From positions 145,268,001-145,332,000 of the forward strand of contig NC_086097.1 in the NCBI RefSeq assembly GCF_963921235.1: a stretch of DNA of 64,000 bases. The letters run 5' to 3'. This stretch comes from Mobula hypostoma. Its lineage: Eukaryota. The notes under the pieces are model-generated. The model searched no databases and had not been told where the DNA came from. It saw only the letters and a list, made by a program, of their open reading frames with translations. The position numbers and the translations under genes are program-made. Shown here piece by piece: positions 37,821 through 51,621 of the stretch; positions within the stretch are counted from its first letter, which is position 1, and every line of letters begins with the position of its first letter.

Positions 37821-39664
37821 TGTTGTGCATTTAATATTTCAGTAATATTTGAGTAATATTGTAAATATATTAATTGATTAAGCATTTTTTGTTTGTTTAA
37901 ATAATTCATTACAGGTCATATGTAAAAGTACTTGGAAGGCCTCCAAACCCAAGACAACTACCTGCCTATTGAAGTGTAGCGGGATGTTCAAAAAAAAACA
38001 GTGAAACATTCCAGCTAAAAAAAGTGCAACATGTGGATTCTTTGGAAAAGAAGACAGTAAAGTTTTTAAGAAAAGGCAGAAAATGGATGAATTCATGGGA
38101 TCATAAACTGTGAGTACTGGGAGATAATAATATATTTAAAACAAAACAGAAATGACAAGTTCCATCAGAAAAATACACTAAACACGTTCGATTGCATAAG
38201 AGGAAACTGGATGTTACATACTGAGTGATTTGAGCAGTATTTTGAAGCAAATTAGATAGCCAATGAGAAACAAGTGCCAATTTTGCTGATCCAATTAGTG
38301 GAAGAGCAATAAGTTTATTTAGATGTTCTCCAACAAACTAACCAAAATTAGCTTTGCTGATATTGTGAAAGTAGTGCAGGAACATTCAGAACAGAAACCA
38401 TGGTGGATTGCAAAATGCTTTAGGTTTCATAAGCAGAATCAAAAGGAAAGGGAGGCCATTTCAGCGTACATGGCTGAATTGAAGAGATTGTCTGATCATT
38501 CTCAGTTCAATGATGGACTTAGTGATGCACTGAGAGATCGTTTGGTTTGTGTGTTACAAGAAGCCATTCAAAAATGGCTCGTAATAGAAGCACAGCTCAT
38601 TTAAGAGAGTAGTTGAAATCACTGTATCAATGGAAATAGAAACCAGCGATGCAATCAGCTACAAATGGTTTGGCGGAAAGGTTTGTCCATAGTCTAAAGA
38701 ATGCACTGTGAGCAACGTCAGCAAAACACACTGCACTGACGCGGGTTCAGAAGCTCGCCAATTTCTTCCTTGCATATCACACGGCAGCACACTCCACCAC
38801 CAACGACGCACCAGCAGTGCTGTTCTTGGGTTGTCCCTTGCCCTCACACTTCAATGTCCTCTAACCCAGTCTCAGAAGGAGTATGCAGGATAAACAGCTG
38901 AGGGGTTCTCAAGCAAGGAGGTTCAATGCTCACTCCTGGACAAGCAGTCCTGGTGAGGGACTACAGAGGTGATCAGAAGTGGCCACTTGGAAAGATTAAA
39001 GACAGAACAGGTCCACTCTCCTACACAATGGAGTTGGTGTCTGATGTCATCATGAGCTGAGACATTGATCAATTGAGGAGAGCAGAGTCAATTCTTAGAG
39101 AAGAAAGGTGTCCAGAGCTGTCAGAACCACTTCCTGCAGTCCCAGAGTCCTACAACCACCACCACAGGGGAGGCCCCAGAACCTGAGATTGTTTCACAGC
39201 CACAAGTCTCACCTGCCAAGCAGAGTGACATCCCCGGTCGGGAAATACATCAGCCCACGAGAGCAAGAAATCTTCCACCGTAATTAAATCTAAAGGCCTG
39301 AATGGGCCATTTACAATGCTGTGGATGTCTATAGACTGTAGTGGTTATATTATACAGTTCACTGTTGAGATGCATTCTATATTGAGTTGGAGTCTATAGC
39401 TAAGCGTGGAGGAGTGTTGTGTATTTAATATTTCAGTAATATTTGTATGATATTGTAAATATATTGCTTGATTAAGCATTCTTTGTTGTTTAAATAATTC
39501 ATTATGGGCTGTATCTAAAAATACAGAAATAGCATACATTATTCTATCACCACATCATAAGTGTGCTCCTCAGTAAAAGCAGAAACGAAATTTACACACA
39601 TCGCTCAGGCTCCCTTGTTTCTCTTTCAATTAGTTTTATGTTTTGGAGTTACAAAGCATAAAAC
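37821..39664 (+). mobile_element. Degenerate, internally deleted Gypsy element
   Basis: LTR-start repeat tgttgtg.atttaatatttcagtaatattt at 37821 and 39415; gag remnant (ORF 38323-38604, ALRDRLVC); integrase-tail remnant ~38700-39300; purine tract before 39415; ends approximate. Confidence 0.75.
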
Positions 39665-40799
39665 ACTCTGCAAATAGAGTAGTGATTTATTCTGCTTGAT
39701 TTGGACTTGATAATGTAGAAAAAGAAATTTCAATCTAATGCCATGTGTTCCTGTATTTTGCTAAATATAGTTATGACATAAAATGCAATTCCTTCTCTTA
39801 ATCTTCCTACTACTCCCAATCATTTTAACTGAAGTTTGAAGTCAGATAATCATGAATGTGGCCCTTGTTTTTCAAAGCTGGAAGCCTGCAATGTTATAGA
39901 TCCTTCTTTCTTGGGTAGTTCATAAAAATACAAATACTGTACTTAGTTCTAGAAAGAGTTGCAGATAGTCACTGTAAATAGCGACAGTTTTACTTCAGCA
40001 AACATGTTAACCTTTATTTACTGCTCATGCTGCCACATTGCCTGTTAGCAACACGGAGTGATAGAGAAACTCAGCGGGTCAGGCAGCAAGTATAGAGGGA
40101 AGTGAACAGATGATGTTTTAGACCATGACAGGAGGGCAGAAATGAGAATTTAAAAGATGCATTTTTGAAAACTTAAATCATACCAAGACCTTTGTGTCCA
40201 TGAACTATGCTTGCTACCCTATGTTGACTCCTGGAATACCTAGTCTTTCCAAGCTTCATTTATCTTCTCATACCTTTAATTTCCCAAACACCCACTATGC
40301 TCAGATCTGAGTAATTTTTGTTTTTGATACAAGTGTTTCACACATTTTACTAACTTAATAATGCAATATGAATCTATTGTTACCATATTGTATGCTTAAA
40401 TATTCTAAACCCCTCAATTAGCTCTCAACCTATATGTAATAGCCAGACATCCTTTCTTTTATAATGAAACCTCCTGAATTCCTGTTCCATCTGGTGTATG
40501 TATTTTACTAATTAATATTCTATGCACTGCTTTGTTTGGCGGGAGGGATAGCTGCCTCATGTGTACAGCATTGCTGGCACACGCTTTAGTTAATTAATTA
40601 AATTGTGCAGAGCTCAGTGACATTTGCACCCAAGTTCCCAGTGGTTGTTTCTTGCACATGGGTGAACACCAGTAATAGTAATTTATTGAACACGATTTCC
40701 ATCAGTCATTTAAAATTTGTAATAATTTGCCAACTGGGACATCTTTACAGAACACACAAATAAACATCCTGTTTATAACATGCAGGTTAAAATTTATAC

Positions 40800-40877
40800 C
40801 TTTCCAGTTAGAACTAGGTCTTCTGTAAACTCTCCCTCATAGACAGAATCATCCTCTGACAAAATTGTCCCAGGACC
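40800..40877 (-). CDS. ALS2CL: ALS2CL exon (MORN repeat)
   Basis: catcag|...|gtataa; GPGTILSEDDSVYEGEFTEDLVLTGK. Confidence 0.95.
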
Positions 40878-41159
40878 CTGATGAAATAGTGAATATGTCA
40901 TTAGATGCTGAGAAGTTTTAAAAAGAACAGTTAATTTGACAAAATTGTGGAAAGTGAATTAGTATTCATTGTGAGGGTCATTATATCATTTGAGTAGAGT
41001 AGAAGACCAAGGGAAAAAGACATGACGTCGAACAGAAAGTCATGAAGAACTATTATAAAACACGGACTTCACCATGACAGCAGTACTTCATCCAGTCTGA
41101 AACCCAGCCTTAGCAAAGATGTAATAGCTGTACGAATGAAGCAAAAAAAAAATCCTATG

Positions 41160-43815
41160 GATAGACTGGAGAAGTTGAGACCGTGTCTTTTGAACAGAGG
41201 GAGTTGTCTATGCCTAGATTTGCAAGAGATAGGTGGGATTTTTAATCAATATATCTCATCATTGTTTACTGAGGAACATGGCATGATTGTTGAAGGTTTA
41301 AGGGAAACAAATGGAGATGTTTTGAAGGGCATTCATATTAATAGGGACGAGGAACTTTCAGCATTATAGTGCATTAAGAATAAAGACAAGAACTTTACAG
41401 TACAGTACAATCTCTTCAGACCGTGATGTTGTGTCAACCATTTAAAATATCTAAGATTAAACTGAACAATCCCCAAGACCTGATCAAGTGCACCCTCAGA
41501 TTTTGTAGGAGGCTAGAGGAGAAACTGTGGAGGTCTTCTCAGAGATACTTGCTTCATTATTATCCGTTGATGAGATTTCTGGAGATTGGAAACTGGCTAA
41601 TGTTGCTCCATTGTTTAAAAAGGGTAGCAAGGACAAGCCGGGGCTGGTCAGTCTGACATCAGAAATGGGAAAGGTACTGGAAGGAATTCTCAATGACAGG
41701 ATCTACCGGCATTTGGATTGAATCTGATTAGATGGAGTCTGCATGGCTTTGTGTTTCGAAGATCATATTTGATCATTTTTGATCATTTTTAAAGAGCTTT
41801 TTGAAGAGGTAATCAAAAAAGTAATTGAGCGTAGGGCAGTGAATGTTGTCTATTTGGAATTTAGCAAGGCTTACGACAAGTTTTTGTATGCTAGGCTCGT
41901 CTGGAAGGTTTGACCCCATGGAATCTAGGGAGAGCAATTAAGTGAATTCAAACTTAGTTGAGAGGTTGATGGTTTCTCAGAATGGAGGCAGATGACTAGT
42001 GGTGTGCTGCAGGGATTGCTGTTTCGTTCATTGTTATTCACTACTTATATTAATGATTTGGATGAGAATGCAACAGACTTGATCAGTAAGTTTGCAGACG
42101 ACACAAATTTGGACTCTTGTTGATAGTGAAGAAGGATATCATAGGTAACAAAGGGCTCTTAATCTGTATTGAAAGTAAGCCAAGGAAGGGCAAATGGATT
42201 TCAGTTCAGATAAGAGTAGGGTAATGCATTTTGAAAAGCTAAACCAGCATAGGACTTGTACTATGAATGATAGAGCATTAGAGAGTTTAATGGAACAGAG
42301 GGACTTAGGAGCACGTGTATAATTCATTGAAAGTGGCCTCACAGCATATTCAGTATTTAGGCCTTGGTTCAATGGCTGTGGGGAAAGACGAGATGACTGA
42401 ATCTATTAACAACTAATCTTTCAATAATCACTAGATTCTAGAATGCTTCCAGAAGACTGGATAATTGCAAATGTCTCTCCACTCTTCAAGAGAGTTAGTC
42501 TGACCTCAGTGGCTGGGAGCCACATGATAAAATAGTCCTTAGTCAGTATGGTTTCCTCAAGGGAAAGTCTTGCTTGACAATCTGCTGAAATTCTTTGAAG
42601 AAATAACAAGCAGGATAAACAAAGGAGAATTAGTTGATGTTGTGCACTTGGATTTTCAGAAGGCCTTTGGCAAGGTGCCACACAAGAGGCTGCTTATCAA
42701 GCTATGAGCCCATGGTATAACAGGAAAGATTCGAGCATGGATAAAGCAGTGGCTGATTGGCAGGAGGCAAAGAGTGGGAATAAAGGGAGCCTTTTCTGCT
42801 TGACTGCCAGTGACTAGTAGTGTTCCACAGAGGTCTGTGTTGGGACCGATTCTTTTTATATTATAATATGTCAGTGATTTGGATGATGGAATTGATGGCT
42901 TTATTGTGAAGTTTGCAGTTGAAATAAAGATATGTGGAGAGGCAGGTAGCTTTGAGGAAATAGACAGGCTACAGAAGGACTTAGACTGATTAGCAGAATG
43001 GGCAAAGAAATGGCAGATGGAATGGAGTGTCGGGATGTGTTTGATTATGCACTTCGGTAGAAGAAATGAAAGGGTTGACTAATTTCTAAATAGAGAGAAA
43101 ATACAAAAAACTGAGGTGCAAAGAGACTTGGGCAGGATTCCCTAAAGATTAATTTGCAATTTGAGTCTGTGGTGAGGAAGGCAAATGAAATGTTAGATTT
43201 CATTTCAAGACGACCAATATATAAAAGCTAGGATGTAATGTTGAGACTTTATAAATCACTGGTGAGACTTCAATTGGAGTATTGTGAACAGTTTTGGGCC
43301 CTTCATCTTAGAAAGGATGAGCTGAAACTGAAGAGGGTTCAAAGGAGGTTCACGAAAATGATTCCAGGATTGAATGGCTTGTCGTATGAGGAGCGATTAA
43401 TGGTTCTGTGCCTGTGTTCCCTGGAATTCAGAAGGACGAGGGGTGACCTCATTGATTCCCATCAAATGATGAAAGACCTTGATAGAGTGGATGTGGAGAA
43501 TATGTTTCTTATTTTGGGAGAGTCTAAAACCAGAGGACGCGGCCTCAGAATAGAGGGATGTCCTTTTAGGATGGAGATGAAGAGAGTGGTGAATCTGTGG
43601 AATTCTTTGCCACAGGCAGCTGTGGAGGCCAGGTCTTTATGTATATTTAAGGCAGAGGTTGATAGCTCTTGATTGGTCAGGGCATCAAGGGATACAGGAA
43701 GAAGACAGAAGATAAGGCCTGAGAGGAAAAATGAATCAGCTATGATGAAATGGCGGAGCAGACTCGATGGGTCAACTGGCCTAATTTTGCTCCTATATCT
43801 TATGGTCTTATAATA
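41160..43815 (+). mobile_element. Two adjacent CR1-type LINE RT fragments (~41160-42350 and ~42400-43815)
   Basis: DWKLANVAPLFKKG; MLRLYKSLVRLQLEYCEQFW...VVNLWNSLP; tail cctatatcttatggtctta; many stops; boundaries approximate. Confidence 0.85.
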
Positions 43816-44098
43816 AAGTTATTAATGCCTTAATTTTTTAAACAAACTCAATAATCAATTTGCAAACAGAATCCTACTTGTGTTGAAATTATATTTTTAT
43901 TTACATTGCCTGAGGAATAAATTTTGGCCAAAGCTACAGAGAACACCGTCCATTCCTCTCAAAAAAAAGGCACAGATAGATAAATCACATCAGCAGAGGC
44001 AACAGACTGGGTCTCAGTTTAATATACTGAAGGCAGGACAAGAGAAGGCTGATGATCCAATCTATATTGGGTCAGTGGATAGACTAATTGCTACTCAC

Positions 44099-44210
44099 GA
44101 TGATCTTGTTGTTTTGGAAATTGCCCTCATAGCTCACTCCTGACTGTGTGATAACAATGCCACTTCCATGTCTGCAGTCCTCCAGCCACGAGCCAATGTA
44201 CCTCTCCCCT
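44099..44210 (-). CDS. ALS2CL: ALS2CL exon (MORN repeat)
   Basis: atgcag|...|gtgagt; GERYIGSWLEDCRHGSGIVITQSGVSYEGNFQNNKII. Confidence 0.95.
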
Positions 44211-46628
44211 CTGCATAGAATCAGAGGTTCAGTTTATTTTTGGCTAATGATTGAAAAGCAGAACAATTTCAAAAATAATGATAGGCAAATACACTACTTG
44301 AGAAAATAGTATTTCAAGCATCTTCTCTTCTGTCCCAAATTTCTACACCTTCTGAACAACAGCATAGGTTCAAGTATATGTCCGAAGTGTAAAAATCTCC
44401 TTGCATGCCCAAAGAAGCTTCTTTATTAGAATAAAGTATGGTAGGCAAGGTTAGACCTCACTTCACATTTAATTTTTTAAAAACTTGCTGAGGAAAATAA
44501 TTCTGGTTGAGCTGTCATGCACCTTGATAGAAAGAATAAAGGTGTAGACCATTTCCTAAATGGGGAGATAATTCAAAACTCAGAGTTTCAAAGGGTCTTG
44601 GGAGTCCTTGTGCAGGATTCCCTAAAAATTAACTTGCAGGTTGAGTCCGAGGTGAGGAGGGCAAATGCAATGTTAACATTCATTTCAGAGGACTAGAATA
44701 TAAAAGAAAGGATGTGATGCTGAGGGTTTATAAGGCATTAGTCAGACAACACGGAGTATTCTGAGTAGCTTTGGGCCACTTATCAAAGAAAAGATGTGCT
44801 GGCATTAAAGAGGGTCACTTCTTGCTGCCTTACTAAAACAACCAGCATAATCAAAGACCCCACGTACCCTGGACATTTCTCACTTCTCCCCCCTCTTTGA
44901 GCGGAAGATACACATACAAGGCTCATGGAGAGCCTCTATCCTGTCATTATAAGATCATTGAAATGTCCCTGAGTACAACAAGCTAGACTCGTGACCTCAA
45001 TCTGTCGCATTATAGTATTGAACCTTATTGCCTGTCTGCATTTTTCCTGTAACACATCATTCTGCTATTGCTTCCCTTGTTCTACCTCAATATACTGTTG
45101 TAATGAAATTATCTGTAGTAATATCATGCAAAAAGAAACCCTTTTCACTTTGCCTCAGCACATGTGTCAAGAATATACCAGTTTATCAATTAACCAATTT
45201 TAAAATGTTCCTTCAGTGTAGCACTAAAGTTCTAAACATGGACAAATCAATTAGACTTGGGGTGGGATCCACAAATAACTAACTCAATACAGTGGACAAC
45301 AATTGAACCATGATGATATTTTATTTTGAAGGCATTTTTATGGAAGATGTCAATGAATGTCGTTGTCTTTCTGCAGAAATACTAGAAAATACTCTAAGTC
45401 ATTGGTACGTAAACAGCAGCATACTTCAAGTTATCAGTCATAGGCACTTCCAGAAATGATGTGGTTTCATCCAACATTATTATTTACAAGTCATCAAAAC
45501 ATATAAAGTTGGAGGCAATCTTGTAATTAGTAGTGACTAGTTTCTCCATATAGAAAATTCTTTTTGCTGACATCAAAGACACAGGAATAAAAAACGAGTA
45601 AGATGTAGATTTTGTTGTAACCCATCAAAAGTGGAGAACATCTGGAACATGCTCATGAAAAGTCTGTTGATGCAGGTTAATTATACACTCAACACTAAGA
45701 TCGACTGTTTATTGCCAGTTTCAGGTTGCAGTGAACTATGCAGAGATGCAGGTCAATGTGATTCAGATACAGAGAAGTCAAGACCTAATTAAATACTAGG
45801 AGTCTGAATGTCCAATCTTCTACCCTGAAATATAACTCAAATATCAGATGGAGGAGTGCATACTAATGTCCATGCAAAACTAAACATAGAAAATACAAAA
45901 TCAGCTGTCAGTTGTTAATAGTCTTATTAAAATATTTTCAACCATTATCGCTGATTAAGGACAGAGACCAGCCTTGATTTCACCAGCTGAGGCAAGTGGA
46001 TAATCTTGAAGATTATTGTTCCAAATCAAACTTTCAATGAAACAGTCGATACAATGGGAGTGTCTGTTGTGACTATAAATGTGAACATGGCGTGAAGGGA
46101 AGTTAATTTTGTAAAGAGACATCTGACTGTCAACTCTACCGAACAATGCATCAACTCACTCCTGGAATATGTTCTACTGACATCACTTTCGCCATTTGGT
46201 TTATTGTAACAGTTATTCTTGTGGATTCTTGATAGTCATGTGGCTAGCATCGTGTGAATCATAAAGGAGAGCAGTGTCCTCCACCAAAATCAACTCACAC
46301 ACATTTCTAAGATCTATGGTTGAATAACAATATGCAATAGGCCCCAGTTCCACCTAGAGCCCATCTATCACTATCCCAACTGGGTTAACCGTGGTGCATG
46401 AAGTTGAAGAGCTATCTCAGCAAAGGTAAATGACAATTAGATGTCTCTTTCTGGGTGCTAGAAAACTTCTGGAAAACATGCACCTCCAGAAAATTATTCT
46501 CAAAATTTACCCAAGCTGACTTTGAGGCCATCTCCACACACAAGTATATACATTAGTTTTGAGGGGAAGAGTCTTTTCTCCTCTTTGACTGTTGATTCAA
46601 TATTACAATCTACTTGACAGCCTCCTAC

Positions 46629-46790
46629 CTTTCAGGGTCATCAAGCACTCCGTATCCTGTTTTTTTATCATTCTCCCAGTGCCCCATATACTTAAAGGCT
46701 TGCTTTTTCAAACAAGAGTTGTGTAGAATTCCAAATCCATGCCTTTGGTTGTCTTGGAAGTAACCTTTATAGACCATGCCATTTCCATAC
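46629..46790 (-). CDS. ALS2CL: ALS2CL exon (MORN repeats)
   Basis: tcttag|...|gtagga; YGNGMVYKGYFQDNQRHGFG...YMGHWENDKKTGYGVLDDPER. Confidence 0.95.
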
Positions 46791-48018
46791 CTAAGAAGAG
46801 AGTGACTTTTGAGTATTGTTTTCACATTGGGGTGTATATTATATTAAAATTTGGCCATGTTGTTCCAAATTCAATCCACAGTCTTCAATGAAACAGCAAA
46901 ATGGGGGACGGGGTGGTTTGAAATCTCAACAAAAGTTATTATTCTTATTCCTTATCTAGTGAGTCCTGTTGAAATCATGAGAAATCAGGAAATACCAGAC
47001 GTATATCTGTGGCAAGTTACCCCTATGATCACATCACAGACCACTGGCAAACAAACTGGATTGATACTGAACGATACTTGCTTATGTAAGGCATCAGAGT
47101 TTACAAGCATTTGCACAAGTGGAAACTGTCTGCTGAGAGAAGTAGAGTCAACCAAAGGTGGGGTTAGGGAAAACTTAGCACCATTGTTGCCTTAGACACT
47201 GGAGCTAAATATCTCATTTGGCACATTTTCTCACCACCCTAAACAAATATTAGAAATTCAAATGCACAAATAGGCCTGAACCTGTCTATGCAATTTTCTG
47301 TGCTAACAGATTGAATTCCATAATGAAGGTGCAGGTGGCAATTGTACTACAATTTCTCACTGAAAAAAAGCATGGAATGTTCTTGGAAATAGTCCAAAGG
47401 TGATTCACTAAGATGAAACTTTGGATACAAGAACTGGTTTCTCCAAGTCTCAGCCATAAATGTGAATATAAAAGGATGTTTTCAAATGGACAGAAGGCCA
47501 AACACTGGACTGTGTCAGTTGTGAATACAAACTAAGAAATGTATTTCCTTGAACATAAAATTAGAACTAAGCTAATTAAAGCATTACAGATGATATTTCT
47601 TCATAAAACTAAAAAGGAAGTACAATAGAAGAGCATTCAGAGATGGCTGTGAAGAATGCACTAGATCAGCACAAAATGAGCAGAATCCAGGATAGCCAGT
47701 ATAGAAAATAGTTCAGGCATAATTGATCAATCTTCCTGTTTAATGTCAATGGATTCAAGAAATGTATATGCCAGATCCCTGTTTAAGAAGAAGGGGCAGA
47801 GGGAATGGAAACAAGGCAAATATGGAGCAGATAATCTAGTTTAGTTGAGGGAAATACTTCTAGCATTTGGGCATAAATTTAGTACTCAATTTGAAATAAG
47901 TGAGTTAGTTTAACACAGATCATAAAAGTTGCTGGAGTTTAACTCATCCAAGCTGATCATCTTATACTATAGCCTGAGAGCTGACCATTTTGACGAATCG
48001 AAAACTAGTTGTACTTAC

Positions 48019-48114
48019 TCACAGATGCCATAACCATGCATCTTTCCCATTTTCCAGTGACACTTGTAACAGTCAAAGCTCTCTGGCCCTCCAGGAGTGA
48101 CATATACACCAAAC
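48019..48114 (-). CDS. ALS2CL: ALS2CL exon (MORN repeat)
   Basis: ttccag|...|gtaagt; FGVYVTPGGPESFDCYKCHWKMGKMHGYGICE (FDCYKCHW recalled from ALS2CL). Confidence 0.95.
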
Positions 48115-48954
48115 CTGGAACAAAGCACCAATGGTTATTTCAGTCATATCATTGAAACATTGCATCAGTGTAACAGTAGCATTCATATGGTCATGCAAGA
48201 GCTGGTTTTGTTCCCACTCAAAGCTCTGCAAAGCTAATTAAGCCGGAGTTCAATAATGTTCTCTCCCCCTTTCTTACTGTGCAGCCGTAACAATACTTTA
48301 AAGAGAATCAGCCAACCCATCTTGCCACTCAGCTGGTCAGGAAGGACCACACAAAATGGTAACATAAATATGGACCACTTACATTTATTCTGCAGATTCC
48401 CACTTCTTCCCACCCCCCTCCATCAAATTGTTAGAGCTGTTTCCAAGAGATTTTTCATTGTTCAGTTTGGAAGCTACTCATCTAAAATTTGGCGTTTCCA
48501 TTTATACAGAAAAGAGCAGTTTGCACCATTAATACAACAATAATCTTCAAGGTATTCTAGGTAATCAAAGGACCTTGACAATAAGCCACAGAGCGAGTTT
48601 TGGATGGGTGATTAAAAGCTTCGTCAATTAGGTAGGTTTTTACAATATTTTAAAAGGAGAAGTGCACAAAATGGAGGAGGAACTCTGCAAGTCAGGAAGC
48701 ATGGAGGGAAGCAGGCAATCAACATTTCAGATTGAGACCCTTCATCTAGACTTCAAAGGAGAATGTCCTCGTAGGCAGGAATCCCAGAAATAGTATATAT
48801 AGCACATTCTATGTACCACACTGATCATATTTTTGTGCCACTGTCATCTTTTCCCACTAATTGCAACCTTAGCTAAATAAAGCAAATCTCCTTTTCATTT
48901 ATCAAAGCAAAATGTTTGCCTCACTCAGGAGTAAACTGAATGTCTCATTTAATT

Positions 48955-49645
48955 AGTGAGCAATTCCAAGTTCCTGGGTGTCAATATCTCTGCGGTTCTA
49001 TCCTGGGCTCAAACATATCAATGAAGGCATGACGGTGGCTATATTTCATTAGGAGTTTGAGGAGACTTGGTACATCACCAGAGACACTTGCAAATTTCTA
49101 CAGCTGTACGGTGGAGAGCTTTCTAACTGACTGCATCACCGCCTGGTATGGGGGAAGGGGCACTGCACAGGATCAAAATAAGCTGCAGAAAGTTGTAAAC
49201 TCAGTCAGCTCCATCGTGGACATGAGCCTCCCCAGCACCCAGACCTAAAAAGTGATGACTCAGAAAGGCAGCATCCATCATTAAGGACCCCCATCACCCA
49301 GGACATACCCTCTTCTCATTGCTACCATCAGGGAGGAGGTACAGGAGTCTGAAGGCACACATTCAATGATTCAGGAATAGCTTTTTCCCACTGAAATCAG
49401 ATTTCTGAAAAGACATTGAACCCATGAACACTACCTCGCTACTTGTTTTTTTTTCTCTTTTTGCATTACCTTTTATGTATTATATATTTATATACATTAT
49501 ATATAATTACTTACTGTATTTGCCATTTTTATTATGTATGGCAATGTACTGCTGCCGAATAACAATTGTAATTTAACAGTTTAACAGGTAAAGCTCTGTA
49601 AGTATGGAAATATGCCAGTGGAATTAAAACTGATTCTGATTTTGA
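48955..49645 (+). mobile_element. Rex1-like LINE 3' fragment
   Basis: LANFYSCTVESFLTDCITAWYG...LQKVVNS; ends ctgattctgattttga; related pieces at ~26170-26770, 50400-50890, 51940-52310. Confidence 0.75.
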
Positions 49646-49871
49646 TTAGCTCAACAAGCCTTCAAGCCACAATTGAAAATAAATGCTTGGGCAAAGTTTC
49701 TGACCGTGACAGCAGAACTTAGATTTATGCAACATAAAAATTGTAAAATATCCAGTGTTCTAGACAGGAGAATTCACAAATAAAAGAATTATTTGGACAG
49801 ATGCTAAGATTTGCTCAAAATGGCTCACATTAGGGGATATGTTCAAGGAAAAAACATGGTGGTAGAAAAAG

Positions 49872-50175
49872 CAAACACGAGGAAATCTGCAAATGCTAGA
49901 ATTTCAAGTGTCACACATAAAAATTGCTGGTGAACGCAGCAGGCCAGGCAGCATTTATAGGAAGAGGTACAGTCAACGTTTCGGTCCGAGACCCTTTGTC
50001 AGGACTAACTGAAAGAAGGGATAGTAAGAGTGGGAAGCGCCCCTCTCACTTTCAAATCTCTTACTATCTCTTCTTTCAGTTAGTCCTGACGAAGGGTCTC
50101 AGCCCGAAACGTTGACTGTACCTCTTCCTATAGATGCTGCCTGGCCTGCTGTGTTCACCAGCAATTTTTGTGTGT
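49872..50175. mobile_element. Penelope-like fold-back insertion (E), slightly diverged subfamily
   Basis: Inverted arms around ~50030-50055; TSD gtggtagaaaaag at 49859-49871 and 50176-50188. Confidence 0.88.
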
Positions 50176-51555
50176 GTGGTAGAAAAAGAATAGCATTACC
50201 AGGATTGTAATAACCTAAAGACACTGTCAGAAATAAAATCACTTATAAGCCGGGTGTTTTCAGTGCCTTGCAGAGAGGAATGCATGCAAAATAAACATGT
50301 TTCCATACATATCGAACTCCTCCTGTTAAACTGTTGAATCACAAATGTTGTTTTTAAGTGGCAACTAAGAGGAACAAGACTAGACAAGAATAAGTGCTAA
50401 TGTGAGTATGTGTCTTTAGGCTTTTTACAACTTACTGCAGCTTTTTCTGATCTTGTGCAGTAAACACTCCATACCAGATGGAGATGCAAACAGTTAAAAT
50501 GCTTTCCATGAAACATCTGTAGAAATTCATTTTTCTTCAGTGATATACTAAGTCTCTTCAAGCTCTGAATGAAATATAGCCGCTGCTTTGCCTTCTTTGT
50601 AATTGCATCAATATGTTGGGCCCAGGATAGATCTTCAGAGATGTTGACACCCAGAACCATGGTTTCAGGAACAGCTTCTTCCCCTCCATCAGATTTCTGA
50701 ATAGGTAATGAACCCATGTACACTATCTTGCTTGTTTTTGCTCTCTTTTTGCTCTGTACATTTAATTTAATTATTTATATACATTTCTTATTGTAATTTA
50801 GTTTTTTATTATTATGATTGCAATGTACTGCTGCAGCAAAACAACAAATTTCACGACATATGCCAGTGATAACAAACCTGATTCTGATCACTTTTTAATG
50901 TTTTGGAGTTATTTTTCTGGAGCGGAGGTTCAAGTTAATTTCACTGATGTTGTGATTTGTGTTTTCACCATTTGTGTTGGGTCAGATGTAGAAAATCACA
51001 AATGGTTATTTAGACTCTTAATAGATTGAAGAAGTAAATATACAGAAAGATGGAATGGTTTTTAATCACAATTTACATAGCAGAAGGAAAGAAATCCATT
51101 CTGTTTGCATCCGTGGGTGCTAAATCATGCTAGTTAATGAAAGTCCTGCTGGGCCCACCCAAACACAAAGGTAGGGCAATTAAGGAACTAGTCCAGCTAG
51201 TCAAACAGTATGAGTGACTCACCTTCACCCAAAACTAAACAGAATATCAACTGCACTGGGCTTTATTGCACAATTAAGACAAATTGCTGAATATTTCTAG
51301 CGAGATATACGTTTGGATGCTACATGATTAGAGTTTGTGGAACCTTGATAATTATTGTCAAAGGAGAATGCTCAGTGAGCAGAAAACAGAAACGGCAAAG
51401 ATTTGGATCATTTTAGGTGAGGTTGAAAGACTGAAGACATACAGAAGAAAGGAGAATAGTCAAGCTGAACAATACCAATGATTCTTATTACAATAAAAGC
51501 AAGTCAAGGGAAAAGCCATTTGATAATAAGTCAGTGGAGATCAGGCATTACTTAC

Positions 51556-51621
51556 CCTTGTTCCAGACCACCTTCATATTGTCCAGCATAGTTTCGCCCA
51601 CATGGCCATTTCATGATTCCA
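51556..51621 (-). CDS. ALS2CL: ALS2CL exon (MORN repeat)
   Basis: cttcag|...|gtaagt; GIMKWPCGRNYAGQYEGGLEQG. Confidence 0.93.

Noticed and set aside
18651..50175. Recurrent ~36-nt motif read as a CRISPR-like repeat
   Set aside because: No regular repeat-spacer array, no cas genes, eukaryotic intron context; explained by the hammerhead motif in retroelement ends
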